Shown here one piece after another: positions 25,530 through 39,506 of a DNA stretch of 64,000 nucleotides; positions within the stretch are counted from its first letter, which is position 1, and each line of letters starts with the position of its first letter. The notes under the pieces were generated by a model, which saw only the letters and a program-made list of their open reading frames with translations, was not told the origin of the DNA and made no database searches. Source of the stretch: Mizuhopecten yessoensis (Eukaryota); NCBI RefSeq assembly GCF_002113885.1, contig NW_018408842.1, positions 178,074 through 242,073 on the forward strand, read 5' to 3'. The translations under genes and the position numbers were made by a program.

Positions 25530-27018
25530 TACTGAACAAAAAAAGAAACGCGCGAAGTTCCCCCCTGCAGTACACCTTAGCTGTAAGGAAATAATGGAAT
25601 ATTTGGTCAGGTATTACATCAAGAACGATCTCCCTTCTCAACAATCTACCCTTAAATCAGCCAAGCGTGACGTTGTCATTGTGTGACTCTGTGAGCTTCT
25701 TTAGTCCAAATCACGCGGCGTGATCAAGCCAAGCTGGCGTTTTTCAAACAAATAATCTCAACGGATACTCTAAGTTCAGCCACATTAATTTTCCACGTTG
25801 GCATTTTGATTTCGCCATTGTCGGAGATGCCACGCTTAAGGCAAATTCAGAGGGGTAGACCATTTGCGATGTTGATGGGTGGTCATAGCCAAACTACTTT
25901 CGCACGGCAATTTGGTGTTGGCCCGTGTACAATTAACCGTTTCTGTACACGTTTCCGTGCTACTGGGTTAGTTTCCGATCGTCCCAGGAGGGGTCGTCCG
26001 CGTGTAACGACCGCACGACAAGACAGGGCGATTCGATTATCGCACTTGCGCAACAGATTCAAGACTGCTGTAGAGACTGCGTCGCATACCTTAGGTACTC
26101 ATGGCAGACCCATTAGTCCTCAAACTGCCAGAAATTGCTTGTGTGCCGAGAAAATCATTGCGCGCCGACCTTATGTAGGGCCACCTCTGACACCACGGAG
26201 ACGGCAAGTGCGTCTTGACTGGATGCGCAGACATGGCCCGAATAGGTTTGGGATGCATCGATGGAGGCGTCTGTCTGTATCGTTCAGACGGAAGAAAAAG
26301 GCTATATCGCAGACGCGGTGAGCGTTTCGCCGAGCTGCGTGGTTGAACGCGATAGATTCGGTGGGGCTTCTGTAATGGTTTGGGGAAGCATCTCCCATGG
26401 AGTAAAATTCCCCTTAGTGGTCCTGGATCAAAACCTCAATGCCGTTTGATACAGAGACCAGATCCTCCAACCACTTGTCCTTTCACTTCTCGACGTCATA
26501 ACTTAATTTTCCAGCAAGACCATGCTCGACCGCATGTTGCCAGAGTCTGTCGTGATTTTCTCACGGCAAACAACGTTCAGCCTCTGGAATGGCCCCCATA
26601 TAGCCCCGACATGTCTCCCATTGAGCATCTGTGGGATTAGCTGGACATGCGTATTAGGAAACGTCAAACCCCCCCAACTAACCGTGCCCAGTTGATCGCA
26701 GCATTAACACAAGAATGGAACAACATTCCCTTAAGGCGAATAAATGTTCTCATGAATTCAATACATAGGAGAATCCGTGCAGGGATTCGTGCAAAAGGTG
26801 CCCACACCAGGTACTTAAGTGTCGTTTTGTTTTTCGCGGGTATCCCACTTTGAGTAACTACTGCTTACACGAGTGACGTCACACAGACTTTTCTTCTACA
26901 GTATTGTAAAGAGTAGACTTGTCCTTTCATATTGATATAAAATTTTGTACAAATTTCCCAAAATATCATAGGCTTTTGATTGCATAATTTAATTGTGCGT
27001 TTCTTTTTTTGTTCAGTA
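25530..27018 (+). mobile_element. Tc1 (DD34E) DNA transposon, near full length with inactivated transposase
   Basis: TIRs TACTGAACAAAAAAAGAAACGC / GCGTTTCTTTTTTTGTTCAGTA flanked by TA; ATG 25827, HTH region, GRPR, VMVWG, FQQDHARPH...WPPYSPDMSPIEHLWD (34 aa between D and E); first catalytic Asp region deleted, frameshifts and stops. Confidence 0.95.
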
Positions 27019-28194
27019 TATGTAACGAAATGACTCGATTAAGCTACACTTTGTTTTATACTTGGTCATAGTTGTGCGAGAGTCTATGAGTTCCCTCATC
27101 TCGATTTAGCACTGACTCACTGCGGCGTATCAACATGACTTCCTTTATCTGCCGTTTGAACAGATTGTTCTCTAGAGCTACGTGTATTCCCGGCATTCAC
27201 ATGATTTATCTGCGTGGCATGGTATGTGTTTGCCGATTTATTTATCTGGGACTCCGACTGCTTCCTTTCTGATCGGGTGAATTTCTTTCCTTCTTGGGTT
27301 TCCGTAGCTTTCCGGTGTTCACCAAGGCGGACCCCGAATCGCCTTCCAGTCTCTCCAATATACGATACGTCGCATTTTTTGCATCCAATTTTGTATACGC
27401 ATTCGGCGACGTTTATATTAGGTTTTTTATCCTAAGTGTGAACTAGGACAATACAAAGCGTTTTGTGGGGCGTCATGCTTACGGCTACTGTATGCCGGAT
27501 GACCACCTGACGTTTGGTTTTGTTCTTAACCTTGATTGACCTTTTCTTGTTCTTTCCCTTATTTTGACACTGTTTTTGTGCCCGATTTAGGGCCCGTTCT
27601 GAATATGCACAGGTTGTTATTGACCTAGCGATGTGATATGTGATCTTGTATTTTGTCCTGTTGTTCTGTGACTATTGTATCACATCTGTTGGGCAATGTG
27701 CGTATGACGCCTCACGTCTGGTGCAAATGATGGTGAGATTTAAAGTTCAGGTATTAGTCCGTCTGGGTCTTTTCTCTATAGACCAATACCTTCATAATCC
27801 ATTCTAACCTTCATATTCCATACTTACCAACCTGAAAAAAATTGTTTAGAAATATCTTATCTTGTTGTTACAGTATACTGTAAATGATAAACCGTTCCGG
27901 TGATTGCATTAGATCTAAATATATATATATTTAATTCAGTGTTATTGAATTTTAGAAAAAAAATCACACTACAAAATAAAGTCATCAATATGTATTGCTT
28001 TATTTCTTCCATCTTTTGAATTCATACAAGCATGGAAACTATTATACCACTAGAATTTTCATTTAGATGAATATTTGATATTTTAAATTATAATGTTTAC
28101 ATAATTCCGGAGTGCACATACTTCCCTAACTGTATACATAATCCAGTGATGTTACCATTTTTGAATCGGCTATTCTCAGACTCAACAAGCACAA

Positions 28195-29990
<1,796 letters not shown>

Positions 29991-31725
29991 ACTGCTGAAC
30001 AAGTCACCGCCTTACCTGTAAGCTGTTAGTGACTGACATAGTAAGGTTGTATCGCATAACAGTACATATTATCCGTGATGTTATCAAGGTGAGTAACCCA
30101 TGCAGGGTCAGGATGTGTTGGCTGTGTCATTGAAAATTGAGAATCCTCTCTTATCAATATCACGTAACATATATTTATGGTTCGTAATTCGCTATTCATC
30201 AATCACGAAGGAAGTGTATATGATGAATTAAAACCATTCTCGTTAGAAAAGTGATTATATAAAAGTAGAATACGCATGTTGTATATGTACTGTGTCGATG
30301 CGAGTTGTATGGAAATATGTCCCGAACATAGTAATGTTGTATCGTATTACAATATATATGATCTGTGAGGTTATCAACACACGCAGGGTCAGAATGTGGT
30401 GGTTGTGTAGTAGAGGTGGTTTCGTTGTAAAATTAAAACTCCTTTGTGTTTTGTTAACTGTCAGTTTATTCATCGAGTGTATGGAAAGCTTTGTAAAACC
30501 AAAAGAACCCTGCAACAAGTACAAAGTACAAGTTACAGTCATAGATATAAAACAGACATACATAATCCCATTTAACGTTTACAAATGTAAGGGAAATAAC
30601 TCTTACACGATTACATAACCTTTACCCTTACAAATCTAGTATCAACTGCGATACAATTCACAGTTACAACTTTTACGAAATACAATCAAACTCAAGCTTT
30701 GACTCCACACAAAATGACTGGACAATATATTAAATTCACAGATAGCAGTCTTCACAAACCAATGTTATTTATACTTTTTACATAAAAAACGCTATAACAT
30801 ACCTGAGTGTGGCACCAGGCCTTGGCTAAAACCTATATGTACGATGCCTTCTTAAAGCATATGCGATACACTGTAGTTTAAATAAAAGCCATCTAAACAC
30901 ATTTATCGAACCTTGGGCAAATGAGCACACGTATTAACGCCTCTTACAAAATATCAAATTACCTGACCTTCATTATTACGTTTTAATATAAAAAAATACT
31001 CTAATCATATATGATTTCTTATTAAACAAATCATAAATCATCTATACTTAGATTAGATCCAAATAGATTTGTCACTCTTATAAAACACATAATACATAAC
31101 ATTGGATATTACACAAAGACAAAGAAACACTTACATTACATCTCTCCGTCCGTCACCTATGAGTCCTAAAAAAGTACTGACGTGAGTTATTAGCCCTAAA
31201 AAACTTGCCAAAACTGACAACCCAGAACGAAGCAATGAAAACGTGATCAATGAACTACTATATGGTATACAAACGTATCAACATACGTAGAGTCCAAATA
31301 CCACAATACACCTGTAGACATAACATCACAGCATAAAATACAACACGCGGACGCGGTAGTTTCATTATTTGGAGTACGAAATATAAACATGGACGATCGG
31401 CGCGCTATGGACGGACTTGGTAATCAAACATACATAAAAACAGAGACATTTATTGAAAAAAAATGATAATCCTCTCTAATCAATATCACTTGACAGATAC
31501 TTATTGCTCGTAATGTGTTATCTATCAATCACTAAGGTTGTGAGTATAATGAATACAAAAAAAGCCATCTCCGTTAGAAAAGTGAATTATCAGACAACGT
31601 AGAATACGCATTCTGTATGTTTACTGTGTCGATGCGAATTGAAGGGAAATCTTTTCAGGACAAACTTAGTCTGATAAAAGAAAGGAAAGTGTTATCTATA
31701 AGAAAAAAAAATATTGTCACATTTA

Positions 31726-32505
31726 TACTGGCCCCAATAATATTATTTAAAATATGTATAACATCTGAAATATAACGACGTCATAGCTTTGTAAAATTGT
31801 CCCTGGGTATTGGCTTGCCATGGCTTAATAGCGTTAATCATTAAAGAATCATTGAAGAGGCTGAATAACGAGGAATCGACGTCAGCATCCTCAAACGTTA
31901 GACCAGTTTAGAACGGCCTTACAGGAAGAGTGACGGAAAATATCGATGCCTTTTTGAATCGACTCATCGCTTCCATGCGACGTCGTTGTCAGGCTGTGGT
32001 CGACACAAGGGATGTTATTCCATGCGACGTCGTTGTCAGGCTGTGGTCACCACAAGAGATGTTATTCCATGCGACGTCGTTGTCAGGTTGTGGTCGACAC
32101 AATGGATGTTATTCCATACGACGTCGTTGTCAGGCTGTGGTCGACACAAGGGATGTTATTCCATGCGACGTCGTTGTCAGGCTGTGGTCGACACAATTGA
32201 TTTTTATCCATGCGACGTCGTTGTCAGGCTGTGGTCGACACAATGGATTTGTATCCATGCGACGTCGTTGTCAGGCTGTGGTCGACACAATGGATGTTTT
32301 TCCACGCGATGTTAATTCTGTGATTTGTACCTACTCTGGATAAACACACGTGACGTCATTTTATAGAGCATTTTTAATGAAATTGAGGTCAATGTATTGA
32401 TACAACATATTTCTATCGAGTTCGACAGTGTTAATTTACAAAATGTTTGATAGATTAATGACATATTATCAATACAATAATCTACCGTTTCTTTGTGGGC
32501 CAGTA
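31726..32505 (+). mobile_element. Internally deleted Tc1-family element with transposase C-terminal remnant
   Basis: TA-TACTGGCCC...GGGCCAGTA-TA ends; decayed RQHPQTLDQ..ALQEE..FLNRLIASMRRRCQAVV typical of the Tc1 transposase C-terminus. Confidence 0.75.
31973..32310 (+). repeat. 47-bp minisatellite, 7 copies plus a partial copy
   Basis: Unit CCATGCGACGTCGTTGTCAGGCTGTGGTCGACACAAGGGATGTTATT at 31973, 32020, 32067, 32114, 32161, 32208, 32255. Confidence 0.95.
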
Positions 32506-33704
32506 TATATCGACGAATTCATAATATAAGATGGATATTATTCTAAATTATCTCTGACGCAACTTATATTTTACAAGTAAATATAAATCAGTGTTACGTA
32601 TAAGCCATTTGATGATGGAAAATCCTGAAAAAAGAAATAGTGAAACAACCTTAAAATGTATATAATGTAATTTTGGTGTATGCACTCGTCATTGTAATAC
32701 AATACATTGTATTGTATCTTATCGTTTACTGTATATCTGTAAGATGAACTGACATTACTTTGGCAAAGTTTTATAGTCGATCATTATTTGCTGTATGTCT
32801 CATATTATCGTTGCTACCTGTGATTGCTGCGTCCAGTTCAGTCCAATTTACTCTAATTATACACAGTGTAAATTATGGTTGTGAAATGACTAATTCTTTC
32901 CGACTTTTCTCCTTTCAGTTATAACATTCAACAAGATGCTCACGTAAATGAAGTATCGGTGTAAACATTGATAATATGTAAGCCGGCTTTATATGTCAAT
33001 AACATCATTGATACTCTCGCACAGATTTATAATGGTATCATTTCTTCTTTTTCTGAAATATTCTGGTGGTTTTGAATTGAACCTAATGCCTTTTCTTAAG
33101 GGATTCATTTTGTCGGGATCTTGAATAAATAAAACAGTTCTTATGTTTGCAGGACAATTGTTCTTTATATACAGTAGCAATATTACGAGTGGAATATAAT
33201 TTGATTCGTGAAGCCATGCATGCATCGTATGTTTGATACAGATACTCCAATGCGATGTACAGTGTTACATTGGATTGACAGCGTGTTAATTGTCTGAAAC
33301 ATACTCATGAACTTAGTCATATTCATAATATACAAAAATTGAATTTAAGCAGCACATTTTCTTTTTTTATACAAAAAGTGAAGTAATCTGAAAATGTTGT
33401 GCTATCATGACAAGAAAAAAAGATATATTCAAAAAGTATTCCAAAAAGAGAGTAAATTGGATAACAATCTGAACGAGTAGTGCAATTGTTGCACACCATG
33501 TTGTACTTACATGACAAGTAAAAAAAATCAAAATGTATTCCAAAAAGAGAGTAAATTTTAACACTTTAACACGCAATTAAAATTTAAACTAACACAAAAA
33601 GGCGACTCTTACAAAACACAAAAGATATAAGATTACTAGCGGTTTTGAAGTTAGCACACTTATATCTGAGCAGTTGGTACACAGGCCTCTTGGTAGCTGG
33701 TAAA

Positions 33705-33912
33705 CTACAGTTGTGGCATCGCACAATGTTCCACGATGCGCGGTGTGTGATTGATGTGCGCACGGTATGTGAACGATGTGTGCACGATGTGCAAACGATA
33801 ACGACGATTAGTGCAATTGTTAAATCGTACAGTTGTGCGCACCATGTGTGGACGATATGCGAACGGTGTGTTAAAGCTCTTTTCGGTGCGTTGTGCGGTC
33901 ACACAACTGTAG
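33705..33912. mobile_element. Small MITE (~200 bp)
   Basis: CTACAGTTGTGGCATCGCACAATG versus CGTTGTGCGGTCACACAACTGTAG terminal inverted repeats; interrupts a GTTGGTACAC repeat tract. Confidence 0.6.
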
Positions 33913-33924
33913 CCTGTCTGTTGG

Positions 33925-34243
33925 TTCACTAGCCTCTGATCAGTTGGTACACATTTGTCTGTTTAGTTGGTACATCAACCACTGAGTTGCTTGCACACAA
34001 CTCTGGCCAGTTGGTACACTTGCCTCTGGTCTGTTCTAAAAGTAGCTTATGGTCAACTGGTTTTACTGGTTTCTGGTTAGCTAGAACATAAGCTTCTAGT
34101 CAGTTGGTACACAGGCGTCTAGTCGTTGGTACACTATCGTCTGGTCTTTGGTACACTAGCGTCTGGTCGTTGGTACACTAGCGTCTGGTCGTTGGTACAC
34201 TAGCGTCTGGTCGTTGGTACACTAGCGTCTGGTCTTTGGTACA
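33925..34243 (+). repeat. 22-bp tandem repeat (GTTGGTACACTAGCGTCTGGTC)
   Basis: Near-perfect copies 34124-34243, degenerate copies to the left. Confidence 0.85.
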
Positions 34244-34646
34244 TTTCGCAAAGATCAAATGCAATACTGAACATATCATACGTTTTGGTTGAGAATAAAA
34301 TCAATAACCAAAAAATAATACACATATTGAAATTCAAATTAAAAATCGATGAATCGATGACATCCATGACTATTTGAGGTTTATAACTGTTGTTTTACTG
34401 TTTCCTCACATAAAACATATCGCATTTATTTTTATGTGAATGTACCTTGGATATTGCATAACAGATTCTTGCTTGTGTTGTAATAAATAAGTCCATAGTC
34501 TTCTACTCACTAGTATCTGTAACAAAGATAACAAAATGTGATGCTTAAACAAAATTGATGTTAAAATATACCCTAAATGTCCGTATAATGAGATATGTTT
34601 GGCATTTTTGTATGTTTTCAGTCGATGTTTTCTTCAACACGCAGAT

Positions 34647-36296
34647 TTAAAATATTTTGTCACTCTCTACGTAAACGGCATTTTCAAATTTGTTTTCCTC
34701 CAGAATTTGGACAAGCTTAGCGACTGGGGTATCTGGAAGCGTCATCTTTCCATTAGCACGAGTTTCTGAAAATAAGTAAGTGGCCTTATAAATATTAATT
34801 GACCTCAGTTTTAACTGTAGGCTACGCATTCATCTAACACACTATGAACCTTTAAGCCGATGAAACTTTACTCAAAAAGTATACAAATGGCAAACCATAT
34901 ATTCAAATATAGAAGTAAATAAAATTACGCTTAACACAATGAATCATTAAATCAGTTGAATCATGCGAGACAACAGTTATTGAACCGCATGAGAGTAAAA
35001 TACTACATATCATTTAAATGAACGTCTTACTACTGACATTGTTAAAAACAGGAAATGAACTCCAAAGAATTCCCAAATCTTTCTCTGCATTGGTAATACT
35101 ATGAAACACTTACTTTTTATCCTGTCTACAATAGACTTATTAAAAGACAATCGTTCAGCTTGTTTTGGCATTTCGGTGTCGGCAGAACCTGGTGCGAACG
35201 TCAGTATCCTCAGAGAGGGCTCCTCTTCGGCCAGTACACGCATATACATGTCACGGGCAGCCTTACCTTTAGGTAGGAATAAATAAATGTTGCATCCATC
35301 GTAATTAAATATCAAACAACAAAGTGGAAAAAAGTATTTGTCAATAACGTTACAATAATAAAAATACTACCTTAAACGGGAACAATGACGTCACAACATT
35401 GTACCATTTTACTGATTAAGTTAGTAATTGAAATTCCATGGAAACATTCATGTAACGGGTACGATGCTAAAGGTTGAGATCGAAGACCATTTTTCTCAAC
35501 ACAAGTCCTTCCTAATCAAACTGCATGCAACCAGAAAGAACTCTGTTATACATTATATAAAGTCGACGATTTGGAATATAAGTCGGAGAAATCCATGTTT
35601 GAAAAATGTATCAAAAATATTAAACGTGATACATGTACCTTAACCAATATATCAATGATAAAGTCAAATGCTATGCAAATATTAATTGATTAACTTAATT
35701 ATAACAATAACTGAGTGAAATATGATATGGTTTTTAAAGTGATTTGAATGTCGTAACTAACCTGCACAGTAAAGATGAACTGATGCCGTGGGAGTTGAGG
35801 TGTGTGCTGACGTCATATTGACGATGACCCGAGATTTTGTAGAATCGGAGAAAGTCTGGAAGAAACTCGAGTTAAGAAGGATCATCCCGGTCAGGTTGAT
35901 GTCGAAGTACTTCCGAACTGACGTGGAATCGGAAAGTTCCAGCGATCTTTTTGACACATCACAAAGAGTAGCACAATTGTGTATGACCATATATTGCTCA
36001 AAGTCATTTTGAGAAAAAGTGTTTTCTTGTAAAAGTCTTGTAAATATGCCTTTGAAATAATATTTGTCTTCCAAGATTCCCTGGTCAAAATGCCGCACCA
36101 AAACGTTGATAGTCGGTGCCACAGACAACACTTCTGACTTGACACTGTCCATAGGCAAAACATCCATGAGAACCATGGCGGAGTTAGGGGGAAACTTGGC
36201 CCCAAACTGAAGTGCAATTGATTTCCCCAGTCCTCTGCTGGCGCCGGTAATGGCTACAAAGGTTTTCTTTAGAAATATGTTCGGGTGTTCCGCCAT
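34647..36296 (-). CDS. SPR: Sepiapterin reductase-like SDR, copy F, 268 aa; exons 36296-35762, 35266-35114, 34765-34647
   Basis: TGASRGLG, VLMDVL, VNMTSA, YCAG|KAARDM; 535+153+119 nt in frame; ends NAVYVESDKIF*. Confidence 0.92.
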
Positions 36297-37507
36297 TCTG
36301 CTATTGAAGTTACCACCTAACGTATAATTATGTTACCAGTGACTGATATAACACGACTGCACTAGGTAGTCAAAGTTCGTCATATATGTGCCGTTATCTA
36401 TCATAGTTTAGCATACATTTATCTCCCTTCATAATTGTTGAATAGATGGTTACAGCTGTTTTCGATCCCGTCCTACGTTTTTGATATGTTCAGAGCTAAT
36501 CTAGATTTATTGTTCGTTTTTTGTTATCATGAATGTTATATGAAGATGTACTTATATAAACAATCAATATATAAATATATATAATACGTAGATAGAATAG
36601 CAACTGTGTTGATGCTAATTTGGGTAAAAAAGGAAACCTTTCCAGCACAAACCGTCCTCTCGTACTATAAACCTCTATTAGGTAAACTGAAACATTGTAT
36701 ATCATTTCTTCTATTTGATGATTCAGAACAAGGATCCGTCGTCAAAAAAGATATATTTTAGAAGAACTTGAAAATGAATTAACAAAAGTCTATTAAGCCC
36801 ATTTATATATCTGATTGAATTCAACCTTTACATTTGCAAAATATTATTATTTTAACAATAGATCTGTTTTCTAAACCCTTGTGCTTGTCTATGCATAATC
36901 AAGCCTTGATAAAGAGCGTTTTATCTGTTAAAATATCGACGTCTTCCCGTGCGTGTGTTGATAGGTTGTACCTTTGACTTTAATGCCCCTAAAGGTTACA
37001 TTGTATCTAGAGATTGCGCTAAGGACCTGCATCCCACAAGGTGTGTTAAAATAGGTCAAAAAGCAGGTTAAATGATAACAGTGTGACACCTGGCGATGTA
37101 CCAACTAATTTTGAATTCATGATATCTGAAGATAAATTAAAACCTCCCGATGTTATAATTGTCGGATCTCAGGAAAACATTCACAAACTAAATATAATAA
37201 TCTTACGCAAGTTCAAACTTGTATTATCATTTTCTGTTGTATTAGGGGGAATTAGACTTATCGATGTCCGATTTTCTGTTTTATTTATAGTTATATATGT
37301 CATCACAGTATTCATCTCCACAATGTAAATAATTACAAAAAATGTCGTAAAATACACTACAAACTACAATGTATTACTGTTGACAATATAATTCATAAGT
37401 TTCAATTTATTATTGATATAAAATGAATGCAGTTATTGTATTTCACATAATTAATCATAAAACCCAAAATTGTTCGAACCGGATTCAGGTTAATCTATTC
37501 TGTTAAA

Positions 37508-38477
37508 TATGTTTATAAAGGAACTGACACGAGTGTTCATGAAATATTGAATTAATAAACAAGTTTAATAAATTCAATAGTACATGAACACGAGTGTTAG
37601 ATGCTATGTATTATATAATTCGAGAAACATCCCTACATACTTATTCTCAATACCCCTCCTCTATATAGCGACAGCTGACGAAAGGACGCATTACAGGCAT
37701 TATGTTTGGAGCTCGCTGCGCCTTAAATAAAGTTCCAGAAACTTCTCCCTGATAACCTTTTAAATTAACAAACAACCATTTCGGTTTCCTTTCATCAATC
37801 AATGCTTTAATAATTATCATAACAACATCAACAATGGTTTGTATTCTTAAACCATTCAACGGATTGGCGATTACGAAAATGTCAGTGACGTCACATATTT
37901 GGCACAAGGCTCGTGCACTGTCAAAGTAAAGGTCATCACAATACACATCGAAGTCGGCATGTTTAAAAAGTGTACAGCGACGGATTGTCATTGTCTATAA
38001 GCCGATCGCGTTTATTAATAGAGAGGGTTCTTAATGAATATGGACATCGATGTGTCCTCCTGTTACTGAGCTGCGGAATCCGCCATAGAACCAGAACACT
38101 GATGAAGACGGCTGGTTATAAGTGGTCATCATTGATTGTGTGTGTGTCGAAGAAATTGAAATGGAATTTGAGCATGCAGCTCTAGAATTTGTGCGCGAAT
38201 TTAACACTTGTGTTCATATAAAATCGAATTTATGAAACACGTTTATTAATTTTATTAGTTCACAGTGCCCTTCAGCAGCTAGCAATGCAAACATAATCTC
38301 CTCTCCAGTAATAAAGTCAGCCATTTTGTTTACAAATGTAGAAGTTGTAGTGCATAGGAATATGACCTGATTTCCACGATGACAAGACTCATTTGCATGT
38401 TTATTGTACGTGTGCTATATCATGTGAATTGACCGTTTAGATTGCACGGAAATAACCTGTATTATATAATAAACATG
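37508..38477. mobile_element. ~1-kb non-autonomous DNA element (Crypton-like layout) upstream of copy F
   Basis: Absent from the paralogous flank of copy D (24320-24360); ATGTTTAT...ATAAACAT ends; hairpin CACGAGTGTTCATG..ATTGAATT..AATTCAAT..CATGAACACGAGTG at 37528-37596. Confidence 0.6.
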
Positions 38478-39506
38478 TATATAGAATACTGCTACCTATA
38501 CTTTCTAAAATGTAGCAATATAGATACATGTATATTCGTGCAAAACAAATAGAAGCGTTCCCTTTCCATTAAATATTTAGGTATCCCATCGATAATAGGG
38601 AATTTCGATACTGAACTCAGTATCATCCATTTTGCTAATTTATTAATGGAGCATCTTGAGCACTCTGTTGGAGTGTCGCCCTAAAATTTGTAAAATATAT
38701 GTAAACTAGGTGGGTGATACGGGCTCCATACCATTTACATCACAGGAAGAGGTAGGCTGAAAAAATCCTTTCCATGATACCCATGTCGTAAAAAAAGTCA
38801 CCAAACTAAACTACGCTCGTTTTTCGTACGTGCAGGATTAATCTGTGTCAAAGATATAAATTAAGAAATTGAAAGGAATTAAATATTATAAATATTATTT
38901 TTGACGTGCCTATCAGCACATTTATTGTTATTATCACATATTATACTTGACATTAATAAAAGTTATTGGAATTTTAAATCGTTTCCTCCCATTATACTTA
39001 TAACAGCAATGGCATTCTATGACTTCAATTTTAAGCATTTTATCGACTTATTGCGTCACAGTACATTAAACACCAACTATGCCATTGTTCGATTGATGTC
39101 TATCTATCCTTATAATTTCTACTCAGTTTATCAAGATACATCTAATCTTGTATACAGTATAATGTAAATGATTAACTTTTCTGATGCTTACATTATAACT
39201 ATGTATACATATTGAATTCAATAAAACTGGGGTGTTGTCGAATTTTAAAAAACAAAAATCACATTAAAAAATGCTATATTTCCTCCATCTTTTGACTTCA
39301 CACCCTTCCTTTTTTTTTCATTCAATAAAACGAATTATGTTTCATTTCAGAAGTAAAAATCAACACTCTAAATTAAAGTCATAAATAAGAGATAGTTTAT
39401 TTCCTCTATCTTTTGACATCAAACAAGTGTGAAAAAAAAATGATGCAGTGGAGTTAACATTTTTGAATTGGCTATTCTCATGCGATTTTTCACATTCTGC
39501 AGACTT

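Noticed and set aside
27021-27872. Apparent solo LTR (TGTAAC...GTTACA with GTATA on both sides) abutting the Tc1 right end
   Set aside because: The supposed right end (27800-27890) is homologous to host sequence downstream of copy G (39100-39175), so the terminus and target duplication may be coincidental; an insertion may exist but its end is undefined
31930-32343. Three overlapping Cys/Arg-rich ORFs
   Set aside because: Products of the 47-bp repeat cycling through frames; not a gene
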